Under the pieces are notes generated by a model. That model did no database searches and had not been told where the DNA came from. It saw only the letters and a program-made list of their open reading frames with translations. From assembly GCA_963667785.2 (NCBI GenBank), contig CAXXMU010000002.1, positions 512,001-576,000 on the forward strand: a stretch of DNA of 64,000 nt. The letters are read 5' to 3'. The stretch comes from Alphaproteobacteria bacterium (lineage in GTDB: Bacteria; Pseudomonadota; Alphaproteobacteria; UBA828). Positions 48,101-58,170 of the stretch are shown in pieces (the stretch's first letter is position 1; each line of letters begins with the position of its first letter). A program made the position numbers and the translations under genes.

Positions 48101-49549
48101 TCACGCCCCCGAATTGACGGGGGGCACGCGGTCCGCCCAGGGCTGCGCCTGCTCAAGCTGGGCGGCGAGGCGGAAGAGCAGCGCCTCGTCGAGGTCCCGC
48201 CCGACGAGCTGGCATCCCACCGGCAGGCCGCCTTCGGTCCAGTGCAGCGGCAGCGAGATTCCCGGCAGGCCGGTCGCGTTGAAGGGCTGGGTGAAGGCGC
48301 AGTCCGGCCCCATGACGGTCGCGTTGTACTCGTCCACGCCGAGCGACATGTCGTAGTAGCCGATCTTGCGCGGCACCATCGGCACCACCGGCATCAGCCA
48401 GGCGTCGTAGGCGGCCATGCGGGCGACGATCTCCCGGCACATGACGCGCAGCGTCGCGACGTCGTTGTGATGGTCGACGCCCGAGATGTCGCGCCCCCGC
48501 TGGATCGTGGTCCAGTAGAGGTTCTCGGTCTCGTCCTGGCGCAGCGGGTGGCCGACGAGGCCGGCGCTGCCGTCGAACCAGGCCGCGGTGACCACGGCCC
48601 CGACCCGCATGTAGGTGTCGTAGAGCGGCCAGAAGTCGTAGGGCACCGCCTCGGGCGTGACGCGGTGGCCGAGGTTCTCCAGCAGCCGGCCGGCATTCTC
48701 GATGCCCTCGCGCACCTCGGCGTCGACCGGCGTGCAGCCGTCAGGCGACGCCGTGACCATGGCGATGGAGAGCGCGCCCGGGTCCTTGCCGAGCTCGTCC
48801 ATGTAGGGGGTGCCGGGCATGACGGCGTAGTAGGGGTCGCCGGGGAGCGGCCCGCCGACGGTATCGAAGAAGGCCGCCGTGTCGCGCACGCTCCGCGAGA
48901 CGCAGAGGAAGGTGACGCCGCCGTACCAGAAGTCCGCCCCCGGTGCCATGGTGATGCGGCCGCGCGCGGGCTTGAGGCCGACCAGTCCGGAGTTGCAGGC
49001 CGGCGTGCGGATCGAGCCGCCGCCGTCGCTCGCTTCCGCCAGCGGCAGCACGCGGGCGGCGACGGCCGCCGCGGAGCCGCCGGAGGAGCCGCCGGGCGTC
49101 CGCGTGATGTCCCAGGGGTTGACGGTCGCGCCGTACATCTTGGGCTCGGTGGAGAGCGCCCAGCCGGCCTCGGGCGAGTTGGACTTGCCGAGCAGCACGA
49201 AGCCCGCCTGCTAGACGCGCCTCACCTGCTCGCCGTCGCTGGTGGAGACCACGTCCTTGAAGTAGGGGCAGGCGTTGGTGTTCTGCAGCCCCTCCCAGTC
49301 GGTGGCGATCTCCTTCACCAGCCAGGGCACGCCCTTGAAGGGGCCGTCGGGCAGCGCCGGGTCCGCCGCCATCCGGCGGCCTTCCTCGTAGGCCTTGTAG
49401 GTGAGGAAGTTGAGGGTGCCGTTGACCGCTTCGGCGCGGCTGATCGCCTCCTCGATCACCTCGCTCGGCGAGACCTCGCCCGTCCTCACGAGCCCGGCGA
49501 GCCCGACCCCGTCGAGCGTGCCGTAGACATCGGACAATCCGCCCGTCAT
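48101..49549 (-). pseudogene. amidase-signature family amidase interrupted by one in-frame TAG (49213-49211)
   Basis: ORFs 49211-49549 and 48101-49198 share a frame and read EQVRRV*QAGFVLLGKSNSPE. Catalytic Lys (GVPWLVKE) lies before the stop, GGSSGGS and DGGGSIR after it. Confidence 0.85.
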
Positions 49550-49641
49550 GCGTCCCCTCCCGCGTCGTGCAATGACAGCGTCGGCCCGTTATCGCACGGC
49601 GGCGGGTGGCGCGATACCCTGTGCCGGACCCTACGCCGGCC

Positions 49642-52600
49642 CTATGCCGGCTGGGGCTGGCGGGCGGCGCCGAGGCGCTCGGCGCGCAGCCGGCGGGTCG
49701 CCTCCTCGTCGATGCGCATCGGTTCGGCCTCGATCACCACGCCGTAGTCGTCGCGCGCACGCTCCACGGTGGTGAAGCCGTCGAGCACGTCGGCGAGCAC
49801 GAGCGCAGGGTCGCGCTCCAGCGGCTCGCCGTAGCCGCCCGAGTTCGGCACCGTGATCTCGATGCTGTCGCCGGCGGCAAGCCGGAAGCCGGTGAACTTG
49901 GACGGCCAGGCCTCCTCGTCCGTCTCGCCCCGGTTGCGGACCACCGAGGCGTTGAGGCCCGCCATGCCGCCGAAGATGCCCCAGGGCTCGTCGGATTCGT
50001 GCCGCTCGCCCTCGCAGGTGACGATGGTGTCCTCCAGCATCCGGTTGACCCGCACCATGCCGATGCCGCCGCGCCACTTGCCGGCGGCGCAGGGCTCGTC
50101 GCGCAGCTCGTAGCGCTCGGTGCGGATCGGGAAGCGCCATTCCAGCTCCTCGATCGGGTTGTTGCGGGTGTTCGCGATGAGGCAGTCCACGGCGTCGAGC
50201 CCGTCGCGGTCCGGCCGCCCGCCGTAGGAGCCCTCGTCCACCTCGAGATAGACCCAGTATTCGCCCTGCTCGGTGTCGAAGCCGGAATAGGAGATGAAGT
50301 GCAGGTGCGCCGAATTGCCAGCCGTGACCTTCTCCGGCACCACCGGCGCGAGCGCCCGCAGCACCAGATCGACCGCGCGCTGGACCTGGCAGAAGCGCGC
50401 GAAGCACGACCGCGGGAAGTTGGGGTTGAAGATCGAGCCGGCGGGCGCGATCACGTTGATCGGCCGCGTCATGCCCTCGTTTTGCGGCACGTAGACCGGG
50501 TGCGTCACCGTATCGAGGAAGATCATCCGCGTGATGAAGGACATCGCCGAGCAGGTCGTGCCCTCGAAGGGCACGTTGTAGCCGGTCGGCACCTCGTCGC
50601 TGGAGCCGGTCAGGTCGTAGGTGATCTCGTCGCCCGCGACGATGACCTTGACCTTCACCGGCAGCTTGCGGCCGCGGTTCACCCCGTCGTCGTCGAGGAA
50701 GCCCATGGCGGTCTCGTACTCGCCGTCCGGGATCTTGGCGATCTCTCGCCTGAGCATCTGCTCGGAGTAGGTCATCCAGTGCTGGCCGGCGGCCTCGACG
50801 GCGCCGAGCCCGTAGCGCTCGACGAGGTCGAGATAGCGCCGCTTGGCGAGCTCGCAGGCCGCGATCATCGCCTGGATGTCGCCCTCGTTGGGCGTGGGCG
50901 TGCGCATGTTCTCCAGGATGTGCCGCCAGAGCCCCTCCTGCCGCACACCCTTCTCGGCGAGCTTCACGGCGCGGTAGATGTTGCCCTCGGCGTAGATGTC
51001 CACGGCGTTGATGTTGAGGCCGGGATAGGCGCCGCCGATGTCGAGCAGATGGGCCGACGCGCCGGCGAAGCCCACCAGCTCCTCCCGGTGATAGATCGGC
51101 ATCACGATGGCGCAGTCGGGCGAATGGGTGGCGCCGTAGTAGGGGTCATTGTGGAAGATGATGTCCCCCTCGTGGATGTCGCCGTCGAGCAGCTTGATGA
51201 CGTTCTGGACGATGCGCGGCATCGCGCCCATGAACATCGGCGTCGATTCCGATTCCGCCAGCATGAGCCCGTCGCGATCGAAGATGCCGGCGCCGAGATC
51301 CTCCGATTCGCGGATGATCGAGGAATAGGACATGCGGTAGAGCACGCCGGCCATCTCCTGGGCGATGGCGGTGAAGGCGCCGCCGATGACCCGCTGCATG
51401 ATCGGCGCCGCGAGGTCGTGCCCGTGCTGCGCGACTGCGCCGGCGCAGTCGATCACGATGTTGCCGCGCGCATCGATGGCCGCCTCGCAGCGGGGCGGGA
51501 TCACCACGGTGGTGTCGTACTGCTCGACGATGGCGGGGCCTGCGATGCGCTGGCCGGCGCGGAGCGCGGCGCGCTCGTAGAAGGGCGTCTCGTGGGTCTC
51601 GCCCTTGCCCTCCACCTCGAACACCACCGGCTGGCTCAGCAGCGGCGTGGCCTCGCCGCCACCGCCCTCGATCTCCGGCCAGTCGAGGTCGGGGATGCGG
51701 CCGATGCCGACCGCGCGGATGTTGATGATCTCGACCGGCGCATCGAAGCGATGGCCGTACTCGGCCTCGTGCGCCTTGTGGAAGCGCTCGGCCAGTTCCT
51801 CGATCCAGGCATCGTCGATGGCGCCCGCCGGCGCATCGAAGCGCACCTCGTAGCCCTGCCCGGCGTAGCGGCAGTCGGCGAGGCGGCGGACCAGCCGGTC
51901 GCCTTCCGGCACGCCGTCGGACTCCAGCCGGGCCAGCGCCTGCGTCGTCAACGCCTCGAAGCGCGCGGCGAGATGGGCGCGGTCGAGGGTGGCCAGCGGC
52001 TGGCGCTCGGTGGCGACGAACTCGTGCTGCATGTCGGTGGCGAGCAGCCCGGTGGCGGACAGGATGCCGGGATGCGGCGGCACCAGGACCCGCGGAATCT
52101 CCAGCTCGACCGCGATGTCGCAGGCAAAGAGGGGGCCCGCGCCGCCGGCGGCGACGAGCGTGAAGTCGCGCGGGTCGTAGCCGCGCCGCACACTGTTGAG
52201 CTCGATCGCCTGGACCATGCTGAACTTCTGGATCTGGAGCGCGCCGAGCGCGGTCTCCTCCAGCGTCATGCCGAGGGTATCGGCGAGCCCCTGCAGGGCC
52301 TGCTGCGCGAGATCGGCGTGCAGCGTCATGCGCCCGCCGACCAGCCCGCGGTCGGTACGGAGCCGGCCGAGCGCCACCTGGGCGTCGGTGGACGTGGGCT
52401 CGGCGCCGCCGCGGCCGTAGCAGGCGGGCCCCGGGTCCGCGCCCGCCGACTGCGGGCCGACGCGGTAGATCCCGCCGTCGTCGACATAGGCGATGGAGCC
52501 GCCGCCGGCGCCGATGGTGTCGATATCGACCATCGGGATCATGGCCTGGTAGTCGCCCACCTTGGTGTCCAGCAGGTGGCGCATCCGCAGCTTGCCGTCC

Positions 52601-53505
52601 GCCGCCACACCGATGTCCGCCGAGGTGCCGCCGATATCGAGCGTGAACACGTTGTCGTAGCCGGCCATCCTGCCGGCCCAGATGCCGCCGATGAGGCCCG
52701 CGACGGGCCCCGACATCATCAGGTTGACCGGGCCGCCGGTGGCACTCTCCGCCGTCGTCATGCCGCCCGAGGACTGCATCAGGCGCACGCCGCGCTGCAG
52801 GCCGGCGTCACGCAGGCCGGCCTCGAGGCGCCCGACGTAGCTGCCCACGCGAGGGCCGACGTAGGCGTTGAGGCAGGTGGTCGAGAAGCGCTCGAACTCG
52901 CGGTAGAGCGGCAAGACCTCGCTGGAGAGCGAGAGGTAGGCGTCGGGGCACTCCTCCCGGAGGATCTGCTCGATGCGCTGCTCGTGCGCGGGGTTGAGGT
53001 AGGCGTGCAGCAGGCAGACGGCGATCGCGTCGACGCCCGCCTCGCGCAGCGCACGTGCGCGCTCGCGCACCTCCGCCTCGTCCAGCGGCACGACGACCTC
53101 GCCATTGGGCGCGGTGACGCGCTCCTTCACCGTCAGCCGGTGGCGCCGCCTGACCAGCGGGCGCGACTGCCACGGCAGCTCCTGCTGGAGCGAGAAGTTA
53201 TGCGGCTTCTTGTGGCGGGCGATGTGCAGCAGGTCGCGGAAGCCCTCGGTCGTGATCAGGCCGACCTCGGCGCCCTTGTGTTCGATCGCGATGTTGGTCG
53301 CCACGGTGGTGCCGTGCAGGAGAAGGTCCACCGCCGGCAGGCTGACGCCGGCCTTCTCGCACAGCGCGTCCACGCCGGTCATCACCGCCCGCGCCGGATC
53401 GTCCGGCGTGGACGGCACCTTGTCGACCGTGATCGCGCCGGCCCCCTCGTCGATCAGGATCAGATCCGTGAACGTGCCGCCGACATCCACCCCGATGCGC
53501 CGCAT
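49642..53505 (-). CDS. fused hydantoinase/oxoprolinase A+B (ATP-dependent lactam/amide hydrolase), 1287 aa
   Basis: A-domain DVGGTFTD, HGTTVATN, DIGGTS and GAGGGS. B-domain SSIIRESED, NDPY.GATHSPD, HLLDIGG and GGYGEP. Confidence 0.92.
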   Translation of the reverse strand: MRRIGVDVGGTFTDLILIDEGAGAITVDKVPSTPDDPARAVMTGVDALCEKAGVSLPAVDLLLHGTTVATNIAIEHKGAEVGLITTEGFRDLLHIARHKKPHNFSLQQELPWQSRPLVRRRHRLTVKERVTAPNGEVVVPLDEAEVRERARALREAGVDAIAVCLLHAYLNPAHEQRIEQILREECPDAYLSLSSEVLPLYREFERFSTTCLNAYVGPRVGSYVGRLEAGLRDAGLQRGVRLMQSSGGMTTAESATGGPVNLMMSGPVAGLIGGIWAGRMAGYDNVFTLDIGGTSADIGVAADGKLRMRHLLDTKVGDYQAMIPMVDIDTIGAGGGSIAYVDDGGIYRVGPQSAGADPGPACYGRGGAEPTSTDAQVALGRLRTDRGLVGGRMTLHADLAQQALQGLADTLGMTLEETALGALQIQKFSMVQAIELNSVRRGYDPRDFTLVAAGGAGPLFACDIAVELEIPRVLVPPHPGILSATGLLATDMQHEFVATERQPLATLDRAHLAARFEALTTQALARLESDGVPEGDRLVRRLADCRYAGQGYEVRFDAPAGAIDDAWIEELAERFHKAHEAEYGHRFDAPVEIINIRAVGIGRIPDLDWPEIEGGGGEATPLLSQPVVFEVEGKGETHETPFYERAALRAGQRIAGPAIVEQYDTTVVIPPRCEAAIDARGNIVIDCAGAVAQHGHDLAAPIMQRVIGGAFTAIAQEMAGVLYRMSYSSIIRESEDLGAGIFDRDGLMLAESESTPMFMGAMPRIVQNVIKLLDGDIHEGDIIFHNDPYYGATHSPDCAIVMPIYHREELVGFAGASAHLLDIGGAYPGLNINAVDIYAEGNIYRAVKLAEKGVRQEGLWRHILENMRTPTPNEGDIQAMIAACELAKRRYLDLVERYGLGAVEAAGQHWMTYSEQMLRREIAKIPDGEYETAMGFLDDDGVNRGRKLPVKVKVIVAGDEITYDLTGSSDEVPTGYNVPFEGTTCSAMSFITRMIFLDTVTHPVYVPQNEGMTRPINVIAPAGSIFNPNFPRSCFARFCQVQRAVDLVLRALAPVVPEKVTAGNSAHLHFISYSGFDTEQGEYWVYLEVDEGSYGGRPDRDGLDAVDCLIANTRNNPIEELEWRFPIRTERYELRDEPCAAGKWRGGIGMVRVNRMLEDTIVTCEGERHESDEPWGIFGGMAGLNASVVRNRGETDEEAWPSKFTGFRLAAGDSIEITVPNSGGYGEPLERDPALVLADVLDGFTTVERARDDYGVVIEAEPMRIDEEATRRLRAERLGAARQPQPA

Positions 53506-53746
53506 GGCTCTCCTCCCGCGTCAGCCGGCGGCACTTGCCGTGCGCCGTCGCGTGACGCTCGTTCGCTGCCGGCGCGCCGCTCGTCTCCCGTGCGCCGGCA
53601 CGCCCAATCTTCGCCGACGCCCGCGCCCACGACAATCGCCATGCGAGGCGCGATGGCGGCTTGCAACCCGCCGGCGCCGTCGCCACCTGACGCTTGAGGG
53701 TCGCCTCCAAGCCAGCGGGGCTGCGTCAGTGGGCGAGCATCGTGCC

Positions 53747-55147
53747 ATGTTCCTGAGCGCCTTCGACATCTTCAAGGTCGGGATCGGCCCTTCCTCGTCC
53801 CACACCATGGGGCCGATGGCGGCGGCCGGGGCATTCGTGGCGCTGCTGGCGGAGCAGATCTCACGCGATCCACCGCCCGATTCCTGGCTGCGCATTCACG
53901 TCTCGCTCCACGGCTCGCTGGCCTTCACCGGCAGGGGCCATGCGACGGACCGGGCGATCGTGTTCGGCCTGCTCGGCCATCGCGCCGGCGACATCGACAT
54001 CGACAAGGCGGAGGCCGAGGTGGCGGTCCTCAGGCAGAGCAGGCACCTGCCTCCCCTCGGCGGCACCACGCTCGTGTTCGATCCGCTTCACCACGTCTTC
54101 TTCGACTATGGCCCAGCGCTGCCGGGCCATCCCAACGGCATGGAGTTCCATGCCATCGACGCCGAGGGGACGGGCTATCTGAGCCAGATCTATTATTCGA
54201 TCGGCGGCGGCTTCATCGTGACGGCCGAGGAGCTCGGCGGCGACGGGGCGGGTGCCGGCGACGATGCGGGCACGCAGGTCCCGTTCCCGTTCGATAACGC
54301 CGCTTCCATGCTGCGCATGGCGGACGAGAGCGGCCGCTCCATCGCCGAGATGATGGAGGCGAACGAGCGCGTGGCGCTCAGCGGCGCCGAGGTCGACGCG
54401 CGGCTCGATGCCATCTGGCAGACCATGAACGGGTGCATCGAGCGCGGCATCTCGCGGCGGGGCGAGCTCCCCGGCGGGCTCCGCGTGAAGCGACGGGCGA
54501 GCGCGCTCTTCGAGCAGCTCACCTGCGAGCAGGGCTCCAACAGCGCCCAGCCGCACGTCTACGGCGACTGGCTCACGGTCTACGCCATGGCGGTGAACGA
54601 GGAGAACGCGGGCGGGGGCAGGGTTGTCACCGCGCCCACCAACGGCGCCGCCGGCGTCATTCCGGCGGTGCTGCGTTACTACCTGGACCACTGCATCGGC
54701 GCGAGGCCGGGACGGGTCGGCGAGTTCCTGCTCACCGCCGCGGCGATCGGCGGCCTGATCAAGGCCAACGCGTCGATCTCCGGCGCCGATGCGGGCTGCC
54801 AGGCGGAGGTGGGCTCGGCAGCCGCCATGGCCGCGGCCGGTCTCTGTGCGGTTCTCGACGGCACGCCGGCCCAGGTGGAGAACGCGGCAGAGATCGCGCT
54901 GGAGCACCATCTCGGCATGACCTGCGATCCGGTCGCGGGCCTCGTTCAGGTGCCCTGCATCGAGCGCAACGGCATCGGCGCGACCAAGGCCGTGGCCGCC
55001 GCCTCGCTGGCGCTGCGCGGCGACGGCACGCACTTCATGCCGCTCGACAACTGCATCGAGGCGATGCGCGAGACCGGCCGGGAGATGAGCGCCAAGTTCA
55101 AGGAGACCAGCTTGGGCGGCCTCGCGGTCAACATGCCCGAGTGCTGA
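53747..55147 (+). CDS. sdaA: L-serine ammonia-lyase (Fe-S dependent)
   Basis: [50 protein letters not shown] and KFKETS.GGLA motifs. Confidence 0.96.
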   Translation: MFLSAFDIFKVGIGPSSSHTMGPMAAAGAFVALLAEQISRDPPPDSWLRIHVSLHGSLAFTGRGHATDRAIVFGLLGHRAGDIDIDKAEAEVAVLRQSRHLPPLGGTTLVFDPLHHVFFDYGPALPGHPNGMEFHAIDAEGTGYLSQIYYSIGGGFIVTAEELGGDGAGAGDDAGTQVPFPFDNAASMLRMADESGRSIAEMMEANERVALSGAEVDARLDAIWQTMNGCIERGISRRGELPGGLRVKRRASALFEQLTCEQGSNSAQPHVYGDWLTVYAMAVNEENAGGGRVVTAPTNGAAGVIPAVLRYYLDHCIGARPGRVGEFLLTAAAIGGLIKANASISGADAGCQAEVGSAAAMAAAGLCAVLDGTPAQVENAAEIALEHHLGMTCDPVAGLVQVPCIERNGIGATKAVAAASLALRGDGTHFMPLDNCIEAMRETGREMSAKFKETSLGGLAVNMPEC

Positions 55148-55187
55148 TCCTGTCCGCCTTAGCGGACAATCGCTCGCCTTCCCGTCT

Positions 55188-56549
55188 TCACTCGGCCGCT
55201 TCGTCGGTCCGGTTCTCGATCAGCTCCTCGGCCTGGACCTCGCGGGGCTCGAGCTCGACCGGCTCCGGCGGCGGGATCGACGAGCTGGCGGACGTGACGC
55301 CGAGCGTCTCGAACTTGCGCGCCGCCGGCAGGATCCGGCTCTCGAGCGAGCCGATCCCCTTGTTGTAGCGCTCCACGGTCTGCCGCAGCGACTTCCCGAG
55401 GTCGCCCATGTGCCGCCCGAAGGTCCCGATCCGCTCGTAGAGGTCGCGCCCCAGCGCCGCGACTTCCTGCGCGTTCTCGGCCAGCTTCTCCTGCTGCCAG
55501 CCGAAGGCGATCATCTTGACCAGGGCGATGAGGGTGGTGGGCGTGCTGATGAGCACCTTGTCGCGCCAGGCCTTCTCGAGCAGGTCCGGATCGCTCTCGA
55601 TCGCCGCGGCGAAAAAGGATTCGCCGGGGACGAACATGACCACGAAGTCGGGCGCTTCCGTCACGGCCTTCGAGTATTCCCGCGAGGCGAGCGCGCGCAC
55701 ATGCTCCCGCATCTGGCGGGCGTGGTCGGCGAGACGCCGCTCCCGACTCTCCTCGTCGGGCGCATCCAGGGCGCTGAGGTAGGCATCGAGAGGCGTCTTG
55801 GCGTCGACGATGATCGAGGTCCCGCCGGGGACGTGGATGATCACGTCGGGGCGGAGCCGGCCCTCGTCGCCCGCGATGGTGGGCTGCTCCACGAAGTCCA
55901 CGTGCTTGGTCATGCCTGCCATCTCGAGCACGTTGCGCAACTGATACTCCCCCCAGCGACCGCGGGTCTCGGGTCGCCGGAGCGCTTGCACGAGGCGGCT
56001 GGTCTCCGAGCGAAGGGTGGTCTGGCCCTCCGCCAGGCTCTTCACCTGCTCGGTGATCTTCTCGTAGGCGCCGGTGCGCTCCTTCTCGATCTCGCCGACC
56101 TTTTTCTCGAACTTGCTGAGGCTCTCGCCGAGCGGCTTGACCAGCGTCTCGATCGCCGTGTGGCGCTTCTTCAGGTCTTCCCTGGCGCTCTCGCTGTGCT
56201 TCTCGAAGCGCTCGCTCACGAGCTTCAGGAAGCTCTCGCTGTTCTTGCCGAGCGCCTCGGAGGCGATGCCCGCGAACTTCCGGTCCAGCTCGGCGCCCAT
56301 GCGGGTGAGCTCGGCGACGCGCGCCTCGTGGCTCTCGCGCTCGGCCTTCCGCGCCGCTTCGAGCGCCGCGTTCCGGTTCTCGGCTTCCTGCAGCCGCTCG
56401 CGGAAAGCGGCACCCTCCTCCTCCAGCCGGGGCACGCGCTCGGCAGCGGCTTCGAGCCGGGCCGCCCGGCGCGCGAAAGCGAGATAGCCGAGCGCCGCGC
56501 CCGCGAGCGCCGCGAGCACGATGACGATGATGGTCAGCCCGAGGCCCAT
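55188..56549 (-). CDS. rmuC: DNA recombination protein RmuC
   Basis: N-terminal TM segment, coiled coil, RGRWGE..L, RPDVII..PG, VDAKTP, FVVMFVPGE and PTTLIAL motifs. Confidence 0.93.
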   Translation of the reverse strand: MGLGLTIIVIVLAALAGAALGYLAFARRAARLEAAAERVPRLEEEGAAFRERLQEAENRNAALEAARKAERESHEARVAELTRMGAELDRKFAGIASEALGKNSESFLKLVSERFEKHSESAREDLKKRHTAIETLVKPLGESLSKFEKKVGEIEKERTGAYEKITEQVKSLAEGQTTLRSETSRLVQALRRPETRGRWGEYQLRNVLEMAGMTKHVDFVEQPTIAGDEGRLRPDVIIHVPGGTSIIVDAKTPLDAYLSALDAPDEESRERRLADHARQMREHVRALASREYSKAVTEAPDFVVMFVPGESFFAAAIESDPDLLEKAWRDKVLISTPTTLIALVKMIAFGWQQEKLAENAQEVAALGRDLYERIGTFGRHMGDLGKSLRQTVERYNKGIGSLESRILPAARKFETLGVTSASSSIPPPEPVELEPREVQAEELIENRTDEAAE

Positions 56550-56565
56550 GTCGTCGATCCGCCCG

Positions 56566-58143
56566 TCAGAAGCTCAGGCGCTTCAGCCTGATGACGGCCG
56601 CGCGCGCATGGAGCCGCGCGAGCACCGCATCCGGGACCGGCGAATCGACCCCGACCAGCCCCACCGCATCGCCGCCCGGCTCCCAGCGTCCGAGATTGAA
56701 GGTGGCGATGTTGATGCCGGCCTCGCCGAGGATCGTGGCCACCGCGCCGATCAGCCCCGGCCTGTCCTCGTTGGTGAAGTAGAGCATGTGCGGGCCGAGC
56801 TCCGCCTCGATCTTGATGCCCTCGATCTCCACGATCCGCCGCCCGCCGCCGCCGATGAGCGTGCCCGCCACCCCTTGCGCCTTCTCGCCGGACAGCACCT
56901 CGACCCGCATGAGGGTCTGGTAGTCCTCTGTCGTCGCGCTCCTGATCTCGCGCACCTCGATGCCCCGCTCGCGGGCGAGGAAGGGGGCGTTCACCATGTT
57001 GACGTTGTCGAGCTGCGGGGCGAGCAGCCCCTGCAGCGCGGCCGCCGTGAGCAGCCGCGAATCCAGCGCGCTGGCCTGGCCCTCGTAGGCGACGGTCACC
57101 GCGCGGATGCGGCCGTCGGTGATCTGGCCGGCGAAGCTGCCGATCTGCTCGGCAAGCGTCAGGTAGGGGCCGAGCTTGGCCATCTCCTCCGGCGCCACCG
57201 AGGGGGCGTTGACGGCGTTCACCACCATGCCGCTCTGCAGGAACGTGGCCATCTGCTGCGCGATCTGCAGCGCCACGCTCTCCTGCGCCTCCACCGTGGA
57301 GGCGCCGAGATGGGGCGTCGCGATCACCTGGTCCAGCGCGAAGAGCGGGTTGTCCCGGGCCGGCTCCTCCTCGAACACGTCGAGCGCGGCGCCGGCGACT
57401 CGGCCGCTCTCGATGGCGCTCTTGAGGTCGTCCTCCACGATCAGCCCGCCCCGCGCGCAATTGACGATGCGCACGCCCTCCTTGGTCCTGGCGAGCGCGT
57501 CGGCGTCGATCATGCCCCGCGTGCCGTCCGTCAGCGGCACGTGCAGGGTGATGACGTCGGCCTCCCGGAGCAGCTCGTCCAGCGTCGCCAGCGTCACGCC
57601 GAGCGAGGCGGCGCGGTCCGGCGCGAGGTAGGGGTCGTAGGAGATGACGTGCATCTTGAGGCCCTGCGCGAGCGCCGCGACGATGGCGCCGATCGTCCCG
57701 CAGCCGACGATGCCGAGGGTCTTGTCGCGGAGCTCGACGCCCATGAAGCGGCCGCGCTCCCAACTGCCGGTGCGGGTGGAGCGGTCCGCTTCCGGAATCC
57801 GCCGCGCCAGCGCGCACATCATGGCGATGGTGTGCTCGGCCGCGGTCACGGAGTTGCCGTGCGGCGTGTTCATAACCACGATGCCGCGCGCGGTCGCCGC
57901 CTCCAGGTCGACATTGTCGACGCCGGTCCCGGCGCGGCCCACGACCTTGAGTCGGCCCGCCCGCTCCAGCAGCGCCGCCGTCACCCTTGTGGCGGAGCGG
58001 ATGGCGAGGCCCTCGTAGTCGCCCACGATCCCGGCCAGCGCCTCCGGCGCGAGACCGGCGCGCGATTCGGCCTCGATGCCGTGCTCGGCGAACGCCTGCG
58101 CGGCCACCTCGCTCATCTCGTCCGCGATCAGGACCTTCGGCAT
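56566..58143 (-). CDS. serA: D-3-phosphoglycerate dehydrogenase (long form with ACT domain)
   Basis: GRAGTGVDNVD, NTPHGN, NCARGG, TPHLGAST and C-terminal DRPG.IG motifs. Confidence 0.96.
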   Translation of the reverse strand: MPKVLIADEMSEVAAQAFAEHGIEAESRAGLAPEALAGIVGDYEGLAIRSATRVTAALLERAGRLKVVGRAGTGVDNVDLEAATARGIVVMNTPHGNSVTAAEHTIAMMCALARRIPEADRSTRTGSWERGRFMGVELRDKTLGIVGCGTIGAIVAALAQGLKMHVISYDPYLAPDRAASLGVTLATLDELLREADVITLHVPLTDGTRGMIDADALARTKEGVRIVNCARGGLIVEDDLKSAIESGRVAGAALDVFEEEPARDNPLFALDQVIATPHLGASTVEAQESVALQIAQQMATFLQSGMVVNAVNAPSVAPEEMAKLGPYLTLAEQIGSFAGQITDGRIRAVTVAYEGQASALDSRLLTAAALQGLLAPQLDNVNMVNAPFLARERGIEVREIRSATTEDYQTLMRVEVLSGEKAQGVAGTLIGGGGRRIVEIEGIKIEAELGPHMLYFTNEDRPGLIGAVATILGEAGINIATFNLGRWEPGGDAVGLVGVDSPVPDAVLARLHARAAVIRLKRLSF

Positions 58144-58170
58144 CGCTCCCGGCCTCGTCGGTTGGAGGGT

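Noticed and set aside
46647-48356. 569-aa plus-strand ORF starting inside the MITE-like element, considered as a transposase
   Set aside because: Mostly antisense to the binding-protein gene, with no DDE or HUH motifs
49211-49213. Pyrrolysine or genome-wide TAG reassignment
   Set aside because: TAG ends many clearly complete genes here (rpsU, acdS, pepM, serC) and no pyl genes are in the window
49606-53697. 1363-aa plus-strand ORF
   Set aside because: Antisense shadow of the fused hydantoinase. High GC3 removes stops and there are no recognisable motifs.
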